Positions 14,501 to 22,855 of a stretch of 29,496 bases of DNA are shown here, in pieces (the stretch's first letter is position 1; each line of letters starts with the position of its first letter). The notes under the pieces were generated by a model, which saw only the letters and a program-made list of their open reading frames with translations, ran no database searches and was not told the DNA's origin. Origin of the DNA: a virus (lineage: Duplodnaviria; Caudoviricetes); the IMG/VR virus record IMGVR_UViG_3300037461_001099, positions 1 to 29,496 of that record. The stretch is one strand, 5' to 3'. Made by a program: the position numbers and the translations under genes.

Positions 14501-16235
14501 AATTAAAAAACCATGTAAAATCTAGTTTATTAAAAAATTCAGTAATATTATTTTTAACTTTTTTAAAAGTTTCTAAAACTTTAAGAAAAATTCCTTTAAA
14601 ATCGATTTTATCAAAAGTATCAGCTAACTTACTTTTGATTTCATTAAAGAAATTAATAACGGATTTAATAAATGGAGTTATAAAAATGCCAATTTGTTTT
14701 ATATACTCTGCAAGTTTCTTAAAAGCTTTATTTATCTTTTCAGTGATATTTAAAGATTTTTCAAATTCTATAAACTTTGATGATAGATTAGTAAAAAAAG
14801 AAAGAACGTCTCCCCCAGAAGCCGGTATTAATCCGAAAAGAATCCCAATACCCTTAATTAAACCAAAAACAACATCAATAACGAATTTAAAAATTGTAAA
14901 TATACCCTTAAATGTTATTTTTAACTTCTCAGCAGTATCTTTTCCAATTATTAATTTTGCTGTTAAATCTCTAATAGCTACAGTAATTAATTTAAGACGC
15001 TGGCCAGTAATTGGAGGAAAAATATCTCGAAATGCTTCTCCAATTGGTGTTATAATACTAAGAACTCCTTGAAAAGTATTTCTAAGAGCATCTATTAGTG
15101 CTACACGTCCGCCAAACTTTTTCCAATCTTCTAAAACTTTATTACGAGCATCTGATGAAGCTCCAATTAATCCGCCTAAAGTATCACTAATTTCGGTAAA
15201 TAAAACTTTAGCTTCTTCAAAATCACCAAAAATAATTTGCCAAGATCTAGCCCATCCAGATCCCATTGCTTCTTGTAATGTACTCTGCAGTTGCGTTAAA
15301 GTTTTAACTTTTGTAGCGGCATCATTTGCAGTCGTCGCAAGTTCCATAATTGATTTTACTTGCTGATCCGTATAACCCAAAGCTTTTAACTGTTCTGTAC
15401 TTAAATCGCCAGTAAATTTAGCTAAAGTTTCGGTCATTATATCAGCAGTTAACCAACCCTCTGAAAGACTATCCCTAAAGCTTCCATTTTTAGCAATTAA
15501 ATCATCAACAGCAACTCCATGAACTCTAGCGGTTTCCATTAAAGAATTTTTAAAAGCTTCTCCGCCAAGACCAGCATTTTGCACTGAATTCCAATCCATT
15601 AAACGAACTGTACCACTAGAGATTGCCTGAGATAATTGGTACATCGCTCTTGCTGCGTCTTCGTTTTTAACACCAGACATTGCGGCTAAATTAGCAATAC
15701 CTTTAATAGAAGTCGCCGAAGTTTCAAGATCAACACCAGCAGCCGTAAATAATCCCATATTTTTAGTCATTTGACTAAAATTATAAATTGTATTATCAGC
15801 ATAAGCATTTAGTTCAGCTAGCGTGTTATTAACGTCTTCTAGCGTTGTCCCTTTTGATTGGGTATTAGCCAGCATTGTCTGAATAGCGTCCATTTGAGTT
15901 TCGTACTCTTGAAAGCCACTCTTTGCAGGAGCGACGAAACTATTTAGCATTTGCTTTCCTAAATTTATAACCGCAGTAGTAAGATTTTGAAAAACCGTTA
16001 ATCCTACCGCACCCAAAGCAGAAAATTTAGAAGAAATATGATCAACGCCAGAAGCTATCGTATTTAAAGAAAACGTTTTTGCATAATCTGCAAGATTTTT
16101 TAAACCGATTTGAGCTCCTTCTAACTTTAAACCATTTTTTAAATTTAAAAGAGACTCTAAAGATGTTTTTACACCTTGCTCGAATTGCTTATTATCAAAT
16201 CCCATTTGAACGAGTCTTGTATCTACTATTCTCAT
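11595..16235 (-). CDS. Tape measure protein (about 1546 aa)
   Basis: Longest ORF, helical and Ala/Leu/Ile-rich; tape-measure domain LNAYADNTIYNF...; LGIFSPSRVF motif; start at ATG 16235 with GGAGG RBS and ATGA overlap with the upstream stop. Confidence 0.92.
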   Translation of the reverse strand: MRIVDTRLVQMGFDNKQFEQGVKTSLESLLNLKNGLKLEGAQIGLKNLADYAKTFSLNTIASGVDHISSKFSALGAVGLTVFQNLTTAVINLGKQMLNSFVAPAKSGFQEYETQMDAIQTMLANTQSKGTTLEDVNNTLAELNAYADNTIYNFSQMTKNMGLFTAAGVDLETSATSIKGIANLAAMSGVKNEDAARAMYQLSQAISSGTVRLMDWNSVQNAGLGGEAFKNSLMETARVHGVAVDDLIAKNGSFRDSLSEGWLTADIMTETLAKFTGDLSTEQLKALGYTDQQVKSIMELATTANDAATKVKTLTQLQSTLQEAMGSGWARSWQIIFGDFEEAKVLFTEISDTLGGLIGASSDARNKVLEDWKKFGGRVALIDALRNTFQGVLSIITPIGEAFRDIFPPITGQRLKLITVAIRDLTAKLIIGKDTAEKLKITFKGIFTIFKFVIDVVFGLIKGIGILFGLIPASGGDVLSFFTNLSSKFIEFEKSLNITEKINKAFKKLAEYIKQIGIFITPFIKSVINFFNEIKSKLADTFDKIDFKGIFLKVLETFKKVKNNITEFFNKLDFTWFFNFINNIKTAFNEVSNSIKNLFSGLPKIAEGTNSKFSNLKKTINGIKEAIKDFFNKIDFSKIFSFFDFSKITENIKKIDFGKIFAGVTLGGFTALIISFIKFLKDLGSVAVGAKDLLGGVVGVLDGVKESLTAWQTALKAKSLLQIAAAVAILAIAIIAISLVDPTKLATSMAAISGMFAQLVISLSAINKIPGGGGAQMALMLIGLALALMFLALAISLLAKLDVEEIGRGLVIVQAMIIPIFSYSKLLKDGAPGLIKVSIGIIALSISLMFLSLAIRSLGTIPWEQAWNGLMWAGIALLGIVAFFHIMPKDKAIIKASISIGLLSISLIALALAITSFGLIPWEVAWNGLMWAGIALVGITAFYNTLPSNKNLIASAISVTILSASLLLLALAITSFGLIPWEQAWNGLMWAGLALLGITAFYNTLPKNKDLISASIAVTILSGSLLLLALAVASFGNIPWDVAWNGLMWAGLALAGIVGALKLLNGTKAIGASVAMLIMAIAINTLVPAIMLLGEMSWESLATSLAAIAGVFLIFGYASWALSSAVPVLLALSAAMFIFGLAAFLVGASVFKFAMGLILLSTLGAGAIATITLIVMGLIALIPLVATAIADGMAAFSVSLSKNAPEIAKGFQDLLLAFIDTIKVVGPELIATLETIIFSLLDSLERLIPKFIDVVLNILTEIYKSLADNADEMVQAGMDILIAFLKGIKDNMFEIVTTVADIIVEFLKGITEKLPDIILAGYDVIISFINGLATAVEEKGPEINAAIGNLASAIVKGLSDGISNGVGSVVDAISKLAGGAIDALKDLLGIFSPSRVFTELGEYTGEGFGNGILAMSSTVAKSTEALGESAISGINKVIDDIASTLSSDLDMVPVIRPVVDLTDVTNSGKVINKLFGAKTLDLSSTLAKVSKIGATSKEDNQNGSSSQAVTSSIVFNQNNYSPKALDRLEVYRQTRNQLASLKGLIKT
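13030..13738 (-). repeat. Four 177-bp (59-aa) tandem repeats within the tape measure gene
   Basis: ccagcccacatt at 13087, 13264, 13441 and 13618; IPWxxAWNGLMWAG four times; outer boundaries approximate. Confidence 0.85.
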
Positions 16236-16612
16236 AAAGAAGTTACCTCCTTCCAAAGATTTTCTGCTATTTTATCAAATATAGGTTTCATTACTGGATT
16301 TATATAATCAATTCCATAAACAAAAGTGCCAGATCTTGTTCCGTGACCGTATTGGATTAACATGGCTATAGATACGTTATCCTTTACGTTGGTGTTAATC
16401 CAATTAATTCTATAATTACCATACTTAGTTAGAATTATTTCATAATCCCACGAATCTGCTGTTTTTCCAGTATCCCTTGGGGTTGCATTAGACAACGCAT
16501 TAACGCCTTCTATTGCATATTTTCTTAATATTGATTTAATATTAAGTTTTTGAGCTGATGTTAAAAACTTTTCAGTTTTATTAAAATTTCCGCTATGTTT
16601 AAATGTTATCAT
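16232..16612 (-). CDS. HK97 gp10-like tail completion / neck protein
   Basis: TPRDTGKTADSW and IQYGHGT motifs. Confidence 0.7.
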   Translation of the reverse strand: MITFKHSGNFNKTEKFLTSAQKLNIKSILRKYAIEGVNALSNATPRDTGKTADSWDYEIILTKYGNYRINWINTNVKDNVSIAMLIQYGHGTRSGTFVYGIDYINPVMKPIFDKIAENLWKEVTSL

Positions 16613-16617
16613 ATTAT

Positions 16618-17160
16618 TTATCCTGAAGTATTTAACTCAGCTCTTCGAGCAGCATTAAGAGCATAATTATTTTTCAATAACGCTCTTTTATTAAATTTCT
16701 TTTTAGGTTGATTTTCAATGTTACAAATTTTTATTAAAGTTAACAACCTATTTAGATGCCATTTTTCGCATTCAAATGGTATTTGAAGAGTGACCATCCA
16801 ATAATAAATAACTTCTGATGTTATTATTTTTCTAGAAATTTTATCATTTGAATCTTTACTAAATGTCGTAGCAGTCATTGAATCTTCAATATACAAACTT
16901 ACCTTCTCGAGAATGTCATTATTTATAAATTTATATATATTCGGATCAACATCTTGCCTAATAACCATGAATTTAATATAATCAATAGATTCATCTAATG
17001 TTTTTTCTTCTTTTGATAAGAATGCTTTCTTCCATTTTGATTCCCATTTAGACATGGAGATTAGAGAATGCTCTAATTGTATAGTTTGTCCTTTAACAAG
17101 AATAAACTCATTTCTTTCTTCATCATATAACTCTCCAGATGGAATAATTATTTGCAACAT
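16618..17160 (-). CDS. Tail assembly chaperone-like protein 2 (180 aa)
   Basis: Own GGAG RBS and ATG at 17160 (MLQIIIP...); LEHSLISMSKWESKW and WHLNRLLTLI motifs; position before the tape measure. Confidence 0.6.
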   Translation of the reverse strand: MLQIIIPSGELYDEERNEFILVKGQTIQLEHSLISMSKWESKWKKAFLSKEEKTLDESIDYIKFMVIRQDVDPNIYKFINNDILEKVSLYIEDSMTATTFSKDSNDKISRKIITSEVIYYWMVTLQIPFECEKWHLNRLLTLIKICNIENQPKKKFNKRALLKNNYALNAARRAELNTSG

Positions 17161-17191
17161 CTTCTCTAATCTCCAGTTTAAATGACAAAAA

Positions 17192-17554
17192 TTAAATCTT
17201 TTTAGGAAGAACCCCATTAAAGAAAGCAACAGCTTTGTCTGCATCACTAGACAATTCCATATAAAGTTCTACAAAAGCTTCTGTTTGAGAAAAAGCCTCG
17301 CTAAGTTCTTTGGATTTAATAAAACGTTTTCCATCTGGTGTCTTTTCACCATAAGCTAACAAAATTACTTCCTTAAAAAGTCTTAGTAATTCACCGGCAT
17401 CTTTTTCTTCAGTAATTTTTTCTATGAACTTAACAAAACCTCCTTCTTTTGAAACCTCAAGCTCTGCTACTTCTACCTTAGAGATATTAAAACGAAAAAC
17501 CTCTTCTCGTTCAATACCTTCATAGTCTACGTATTTAATTTTCTTTTCTAACAC
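17192..17554 (-). CDS. Tail assembly chaperone (120 aa)
   Basis: Acidic small protein in the tail operon; AYGEKTPDGKRFIKS motif; AAAGGAG RBS. Confidence 0.65.
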   Translation of the reverse strand: MLEKKIKYVDYEGIEREEVFRFNISKVEVAELEVSKEGGFVKFIEKITEEKDAGELLRLFKEVILLAYGEKTPDGKRFIKSKELSEAFSQTEAFVELYMELSSDADKAVAFFNGVLPKKI

Positions 17555-17566
17555 ATTTATCTCCTT

Positions 17567-17842
17567 TCATTCAGGTTTAATAATAAATAAAGCGGATTTC
17601 GTATCTACCCGCCCTTGTGATGTAACGATTGAACAACTGATAATTCCTTCAGAATTTGGATCACCTCCTGAGACCATGGCTTTAACCTTAGATCCAATGA
17701 CCTCGTACGAATCAACAACTAAAGTGTTCGTTGTATCAAACGCAATCGTGGATAGGGAATCTCCAGGAGTCATCCATTTTGTCCAATCCCAATAATAATC
17801 CTTCACTGCTGAAGGATCTTTGTTCCATGTTTTCATATTCAC
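17567..17842 (-). CDS. Fibre adaptor-like small protein (91 aa)
   Basis: KDPSAVKDYYWDW...SGG...IVTSQGRVD pattern typical of small Ig-like phage fibre adaptors. Confidence 0.6.
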   Translation of the reverse strand: MNMKTWNKDPSAVKDYYWDWTKWMTPGDSLSTIAFDTTNTLVVDSYEVIGSKVKAMVSGGDPNSEGIISCSIVTSQGRVDTKSALFIIKPE

Positions 17843-19360
17843 CTATCCGATTTCATATACTCGATCTTCCCATTCTATGATTAAAATTCGATCTTCAATA
17901 TCAATGATATAAGTTCTATCTTCTGGTGAAGTAATTTCTCCCATATATGGTTTATCGGCAAAAGGAATACCACTGTAAGCATCTAATGGTACTAAGTTAT
18001 GTACTTGACCGATAACTGGTCTATCAACAACTGGAATGCCACTGTAGGCATCTAACGGCACTAGTTCATGTATTTGACCTAATACGGGCTTATCAACAAC
18101 TGGGATACCACTGTAAGCGTCTAATGGGTCTAAACTGTGTGTTTGGCCTAGTACCGGCTTATCAACAACTGGAACGCCACTGTAGGCATCTAGCAGAGTT
18201 AAGACGTGAGTTTGTCCGATTACCGGCTTATCAACAACTGGAATACCACTGTAAGTGTCTAACGGCACTAGTTCGTGTGTTTGACCTAATACGGGCTTAT
18301 CAACAACTGGAATACCACTGTAAGCGTCTAATGGGTCTAAGTTGTGGGTTGCACCGCTATACAATACAGGCTTATCAACAACTGGAATGCCACTGTAGGC
18401 ATCTAATGGCACTAGTTCATGTGTTTGACCTAATACGGGCTTATCAACAACTGGGATACCACTGTAAGCGTCTAATGGGTCTAAGCTGTGTGTTTGGCCT
18501 AGTACCGGCTTATCAACAACTGGAACACCACTGTAAGCATCTAACGGCACTAGTTCGTGTGTTTGGCCTAGTATCGGCTTATCAACAACTGGAATACCAC
18601 TGTAAGCATCTAATGGATCTAAATTGTGAGTTGTGCCGCTGTACAATACCGGCTTATCAACAACTGGGATACCACTGTAAGCGTCTAATGGGTCTAAGCT
18701 GTGTGTTTGGCCTAGTATCGGCTTATCAACAACTGGAACACCACTGTAAGCATCTAACGGCACTAGTTCGTGTGTTTGGCCTAGTATCGGCTTATCAACA
18801 ACTGGAATACCACTGTAAGCATCTAACGGCACTAAGTTGTGAGCGGGACTTTCTGTATAATATACTGTAATGCGAATAAAATCGACGTATGCATCTGAAT
18901 CTGTCCCATTAGCTTGACAAGCAAAATGAGCGCCAAAATTACTATTATTAATTTCTTCAGCGGTCCATGTCGTTCCCCATAAATTATTCGCATCACCAAA
19001 AGTTACTACTGTATCGCTTGTTGTCCAGTTAGCCCCAGCGCTTTTATTATCCCCAATGCCTGTAAGATAATCTGCTTTTGATAATTGTACTAGCGCATCC
19101 TTAACAATACCATTAGCATAACGTCGTTCTACTTCAACAACAATCCCATTAATGGTTGCTCCTGTTGGAATAGAAAACCCATAAGTATAAGATAAAATCT
19201 TATAAGAGTAATCTGGAGAATCGAATGTTGGAGCAGTAATACTAGCATATACTCCATCATTCGCTTTAGTATTATCGTGATTTGTCCAACCATTGTTGTT
19301 GTAGGGGGCAACGGCATAATCAGTAGTTACAGTTGCATATCGAGGTCCTTGACTAGCCAT
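17843..19360 (-). CDS. Repeat-stalk fibre/adhesin: N-terminal beta-sandwich head, 13 tandem repeats, C-terminal EDR triplet
   Basis: GGAGGT RBS; YGFSIPTGATINGIVVEVE...VDFIRITVYY head; (HxLxPLDAYSGxPVVDKPxLGQT) x13. Confidence 0.75.
   Translation of the reverse strand: MASQGPRYATVTTDYAVAPYNNNGWTNHDNTKANDGVYASITAPTFDSPDYSYKILSYTYGFSIPTGATINGIVVEVERRYANGIVKDALVQLSKADYLTGIGDNKSAGANWTTSDTVVTFGDANNLWGTTWTAEEINNSNFGAHFACQANGTDSDAYVDFIRITVYYTESPAHNLVPLDAYSGIPVVDKPILGQTHELVPLDAYSGVPVVDKPILGQTHSLDPLDAYSGIPVVDKPVLYSGTTHNLDPLDAYSGIPVVDKPILGQTHELVPLDAYSGVPVVDKPVLGQTHSLDPLDAYSGIPVVDKPVLGQTHELVPLDAYSGIPVVDKPVLYSGATHNLDPLDAYSGIPVVDKPVLGQTHELVPLDTYSGIPVVDKPVIGQTHVLTLLDAYSGVPVVDKPVLGQTHSLDPLDAYSGIPVVDKPVLGQIHELVPLDAYSGIPVVDRPVIGQVHNLVPLDAYSGIPFADKPYMGEITSPEDRTYIIDIEDRILIIEWEDRVYEIG
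17933..18841 (-). repeat. 13 tandem coding repeats (11 x 69 bp + 2 x 75 bp)
   Basis: Recurrent ggcttatcaacaactgg...ccactgta; unit lengths sum to 909 bp. Confidence 0.95.
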
Positions 19361-19378
19361 CTAAGCACCTCCAAATTA

Positions 19379-19753
19379 TTATGCTGTAGGTGCAGGAATT
19401 CCAACCTTATGTAAAGTAGTAGTAAAAGGATTTCCAGCAGTTACAACCTGAGAAGTATCAAGTGCTTGAGAAACTAGCATTTTTGATGCGCTATCATCGA
19501 GCAAAGCAAAATGCGTTGCTGTTCCATTAACAGTAACGGTTCCATTAGTAATAGCAGCAATACTAATTTCTCGCCCACCACCAGATTTATCTGTTGGGCC
19601 AGTGATAGATGGTGCAGCTTTTGTTCCAAGTTTATACGTTTGGGCTTCAGCATAAGTAGTTGGCTGGGCCGAACAAATTACAAGATTCTCAACGATAGTC
19701 GTCAACTGAGAAATACCACTATCATAAATATCATTATGAAAAATAGCAGGCAT
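19379..19753 (-). CDS. Small virion structural protein (124 aa), probable fibre-system component
   Basis: ICSAQPTTYAEA...GTATHFALLD...VTAGNPFT beta-rich pattern; AAGGAG RBS; first gene of the three-gene cassette. Confidence 0.6.
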   Translation of the reverse strand: MPAIFHNDIYDSGISQLTTIVENLVICSAQPTTYAEAQTYKLGTKAAPSITGPTDKSGGGREISIAAITNGTVTVNGTATHFALLDDSASKMLVSQALDTSQVVTAGNPFTTTLHKVGIPAPTA

Positions 19754-19776
19754 GTTGTCTCCTTATGAAAAGAATT

Positions 19777-19804
19777 GAGCCCTGAAAGAACTCTTTCAGG
19801 GCTC
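19777..19804 (-). terminator. Terminator/attenuator after the major tail gene
   Basis: 13-bp inverted repeat GAGCCCTGAAAGA/TCTTTCAGGGCTC followed by AATTCTTTT. Confidence 0.7.
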
Positions 19805-19819
19805 GTAAGTGTGAAAATA

Positions 19820-20476
19820 TTATGCGGGAGTCATCAGAGTGATAACTTCATTAGGAAGAGGAAGCTCGGGATCAACGGCGGTTGCTCCGTACAAAATAAC
19901 CTCAAGAGCTGCCAACTTAGTAGCATTAGCAACAGTCGAATCAATCACAATCAAAGAAGTCGGTTTAAAACCAGTAACAGTTGGAGGGGTGGTTGATACC
20001 TCCCAGGAAAAAGTAATAGCTTCTGGACTATCATTAATTGACTGATACCCTCTCTCAGATGGAGCAGCAAGACAACCATAAACCAAATGGAGCTTATATC
20101 CATGATCTTCTCCATCAACATCATTGCCGAGTTTAGTCCTATAGCACAAACCAAACTTTTTACGCGCCTGCTGTCCAAGATTTACACCAAGAACGGCTTC
20201 TTTACTACCATCACATTCCGCAAACTCTTCTGGATAAGTAAATGCTTCAATGGTCAGACCAAGTTCTTCCCCAGACATAAGTGTAAGGTACTTAATATTA
20301 TCAGCATATAAAGGAGTTGGTTCAGCTCCACTTGGAGTTTCAGTAACACTAACCAAACCATTCCAAGGAACCCCAAGTGGATAAGCTCCTGTATTATCGA
20401 TAGGATATAAAACACCCCTATCAATACCTGTCTCATAAAAACGTTTTCCGGTATCATCCCAAACTATAGCAGTCAT
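19820..20476 (-). CDS. Major tail protein
   Basis: YETGIDRGVLY, WNGL, LYADNIKY, YKLHLVYG, INDSPEAITFSW, LPLPNEV motifs. Confidence 0.88.
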   Translation of the reverse strand: MTAIVWDDTGKRFYETGIDRGVLYPIDNTGAYPLGVPWNGLVSVTETPSGAEPTPLYADNIKYLTLMSGEELGLTIEAFTYPEEFAECDGSKEAVLGVNLGQQARKKFGLCYRTKLGNDVDGEDHGYKLHLVYGCLAAPSERGYQSINDSPEAITFSWEVSTTPPTVTGFKPTSLIVIDSTVANATKLAALEVILYGATAVDPELPLPNEVITLMTPA

Positions 20477-20487
20477 AATTTATCTCC

Positions 20488-20793
20488 TTAAAAGAAAATT
20501 GTAAAAATGTCGTGATTTAAATTATCCATTACATAATGTCTATTAAACGAAGTTTTTGGTAAACTAGCAATCTTAATTGGAATGGAACTATCTGGATCTC
20601 TATAGATTAGCATAATAGTGTATTCTATTTCATGATTATATGGAATATTATCTCCAAACCTAGTTTGAATTCTGCTTCGTTCATAAATAATACATGGATA
20701 AACTAACTTTATTGTCATTGGTGGTTGGAAATATACAGCATCTGAACCTAATATGTTTTCTAATAATACTTGTAATTCAGTTCTTTCAGCCAT
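20488..20793 (-). CDS. Tail terminator-like protein (101 aa)
   Basis: VYFQPP...YPCIIY motif; directly before the major tail gene; start at ATG 20793 after GGAG. Confidence 0.65.
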   Translation of the reverse strand: MAERTELQVLLENILGSDAVYFQPPMTIKLVYPCIIYERSRIQTRFGDNIPYNHEIEYTIMLIYRDPDSSIPIKIASLPKTSFNRHYVMDNLNHDIFTIFF

Positions 20794-21100
20794 TATAAAC
20801 TCCACCAACACTAATTATAATACGAGGTCTTTGAATCTCAAATGAAGATATACTCCATTTAATTCCTTGATATTCTATATACCTCATATATTGAAAATTT
20901 GCATAGGCGAAGGCGTCTCCAACTATACTAAAACGATTATCAATATTTAAGTTGGCATTTTGTTGCTCGCCATTTTGCCAACGAAAATTCCCACGAAGTA
21001 AATCACCTCTATATGGTCTCTCCGTGGGAATTTCCGTATGTACACCTGGCGAAGTTTCTTCGACTTTAATAAAACCTATTTTGCCGTAAAATTTCGCCAT
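20786..21100 (-). CDS. Head-tail joining (head closure/stopper) protein
   Basis: Follows the capsid gene; MAKFYGKIGF...PGV...RPR...GGVYNG. Confidence 0.65.
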   Translation of the reverse strand: MAKFYGKIGFIKVEETSPGVHTEIPTERPYRGDLLRGNFRWQNGEQQNANLNIDNRFSIVGDAFAYANFQYMRYIEYQGIKWSISSFEIQRPRIIISVGGVYNG

Positions 21101-21112
21101 ATCAAATTCTCA

Positions 21113-22855
21113 TTAAGTAGTAGCTCGTTCAATAACCAAAGCACTCTTTGGTTTAGTAAGTGCACCAGAAATACGAGTTTCATACAAATATTTTTGCTGA
21201 TTATAATCAATATCAAAATCTTGGAAGAAACTCGTTTCTCCTCCCTTATCAGCACCAACAGTATAATCTTTAAGATTTACAATAATACCAAGAAGGGTGT
21301 AATCTGTTGCCCCAGCTTCGCGGACCTGATTTTCCATAACTGGAACTTCAACAATCTTAGAAACCAAAAGAGCAGCTTCCAATTCAGCTTTAGTTTTATA
21401 AATCCGATAACCCAAACTATCTTTTAGCAACATCATTGATGTTAGGAAAGAAGGCGAAGCAAAAAGTACTGGACTCCCAGAACCTTTATAATTAACTCGA
21501 GCAGTAATGATAGCGTCGATAACATCATCTGCAGTATCATTAAGAGCTACCTGAACTTTGTGAGAATAAATATCATCGTCTTTCCAAATTGGACGAATAT
21601 GAGTTTCAACGATCTTATCTTCAACCTGAGTTACAGGATCTCGGCCATCCGAAATGAGAATGGCTCTCGCAAGTTCTTCTTTAAGCATGATCTGCATTTC
21701 TCGTTTCATCCACGCAACAACATCTAGATCTACAATATCGATGATGTCATCTCGATCCAGCTTTTGCTTTTTGTAAACGGTTTGTGGATCTGTCGTCCGC
21801 CTAAGAATACTAAAAACTTCTTCCTTCTTCAAATTGCCTTTGATATAACCCAAAGCCCTCGCGGTTTCAAGAGTAATATCTGCATACAAAGACTTAATAC
21901 GAGAAAATGGAGACTTACGAGTTGCATCAAGAACCTGAGGAACCCATTCCATATCACGAGTAACCATGTCGGGTTCATTCGTAACCGCCCTAGCATCGGG
22001 AAATAGGTAATCGATGTTATCGATACCGTAAGTTCCCGCATGAGAAATAACAGATTGTTTAAGACTTCCATTCTTCTTAGCATCAGTCATAATTGCGTCG
22101 AATTGTACTTGTGACAAAATTGGGCGTGCAATAACTTTACCAGTACCATATTCTTCAAATACGTTATGTTTCATAATAGTTTCTTCTCCTTCATTAATAT
22201 CGGTTTGTTTGATTTCTTCTTTTTCTTCCTCAGAAGGGTTTTCAATTTCTTCAGAAGATTTATCACCCATTAATTCATCTAAAATAATATAAACTGCTTC
22301 TTTTTGTTTTTCAGATAGAGTATTAAAAACATCCCCTACAGTTTCATTTTCTTTAGAATCATCCTCATGCTTAATATCGTTATTATCTAATTCAGTTCCG
22401 CTCCAAATAATAGCTTCTTCTTCTGAATTAAAAATCTCACCAGTATCATCATGTTGAATGGCAATATAATCAATCTTTGCGCCTGGATTTGCACCAGCCA
22501 TAACAAGACTAACTTCGCGAATTAGACCATGAACTACTAGTTTTGACTTTTCAATTAAACTATTAGCATAAACCGACAGCGATACAATATCTTTATGCTG
22601 AATTAATAGTTTAGAATTTTTACCATTTTCGCTATTATTAAAGAATCCATAAGAATATACGCCATCTTCCCGATTTTCTAATAAAACATGACCCAAAACG
22701 TTTCCGGGTTCATCGTGCATGTGTTGCCAAACAAGAGGAACGGTCATTCCATCTGAATCTTTAAATGCGTTTGGTAAAATCGTACGACCATCAGTACATT
22801 TTACATTAGCTTTCGTAGCATAACCGGAAAAATCAGCTTTCAATTTATCGATCAT
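21113..22855 (-). CDS. Fused prohead protease + major capsid protein (HK97 fold)
   Basis: N-terminal FSGYA, VPLVWQH, IREVSLV..GANPGA protease motifs; acidic linker; capsid C-terminus FDIDYNQQKYLYETRISGAL. Confidence 0.9.
   Translation of the reverse strand: MIDKLKADFSGYATKANVKCTDGRTILPNAFKDSDGMTVPLVWQHMHDEPGNVLGHVLLENREDGVYSYGFFNNSENGKNSKLLIQHKDIVSLSVYANSLIEKSKLVVHGLIREVSLVMAGANPGAKIDYIAIQHDDTGEIFNSEEEAIIWSGTELDNNDIKHEDDSKENETVGDVFNTLSEKQKEAVYIILDELMGDKSSEEIENPSEEEKEEIKQTDINEGEETIMKHNVFEEYGTGKVIARPILSQVQFDAIMTDAKKNGSLKQSVISHAGTYGIDNIDYLFPDARAVTNEPDMVTRDMEWVPQVLDATRKSPFSRIKSLYADITLETARALGYIKGNLKKEEVFSILRRTTDPQTVYKKQKLDRDDIIDIVDLDVVAWMKREMQIMLKEELARAILISDGRDPVTQVEDKIVETHIRPIWKDDDIYSHKVQVALNDTADDVIDAIITARVNYKGSGSPVLFASPSFLTSMMLLKDSLGYRIYKTKAELEAALLVSKIVEVPVMENQVREAGATDYTLLGIIVNLKDYTVGADKGGETSFFQDFDIDYNQQKYLYETRISGALTKPKSALVIERATT

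Noticed and set aside
11740-15072. Plus-strand ORFs inside the tape measure gene, and other short antisense or nested ORFs in the track
   Set aside because: Fully overlap well-supported minus-strand genes, lack RBSs, and are expected from codon bias.
17160-17247. Programmed -1 frameshift joining the two tail chaperone ORFs
   Set aside because: The downstream ORF is in the +1 (or -2) frame, CCT-AAA-AAG is not a full XXXYYYZ heptamer, and the downstream ORF has its own GGAG + ATG at 17160; a non-canonical shift cannot be fully excluded.
18124-18870. 248-aa plus-strand ORF with repeated AYQQLEYHC
   Set aside because: Antisense shadow of the 69-bp coding repeats; no RBS and opposite to the operon.
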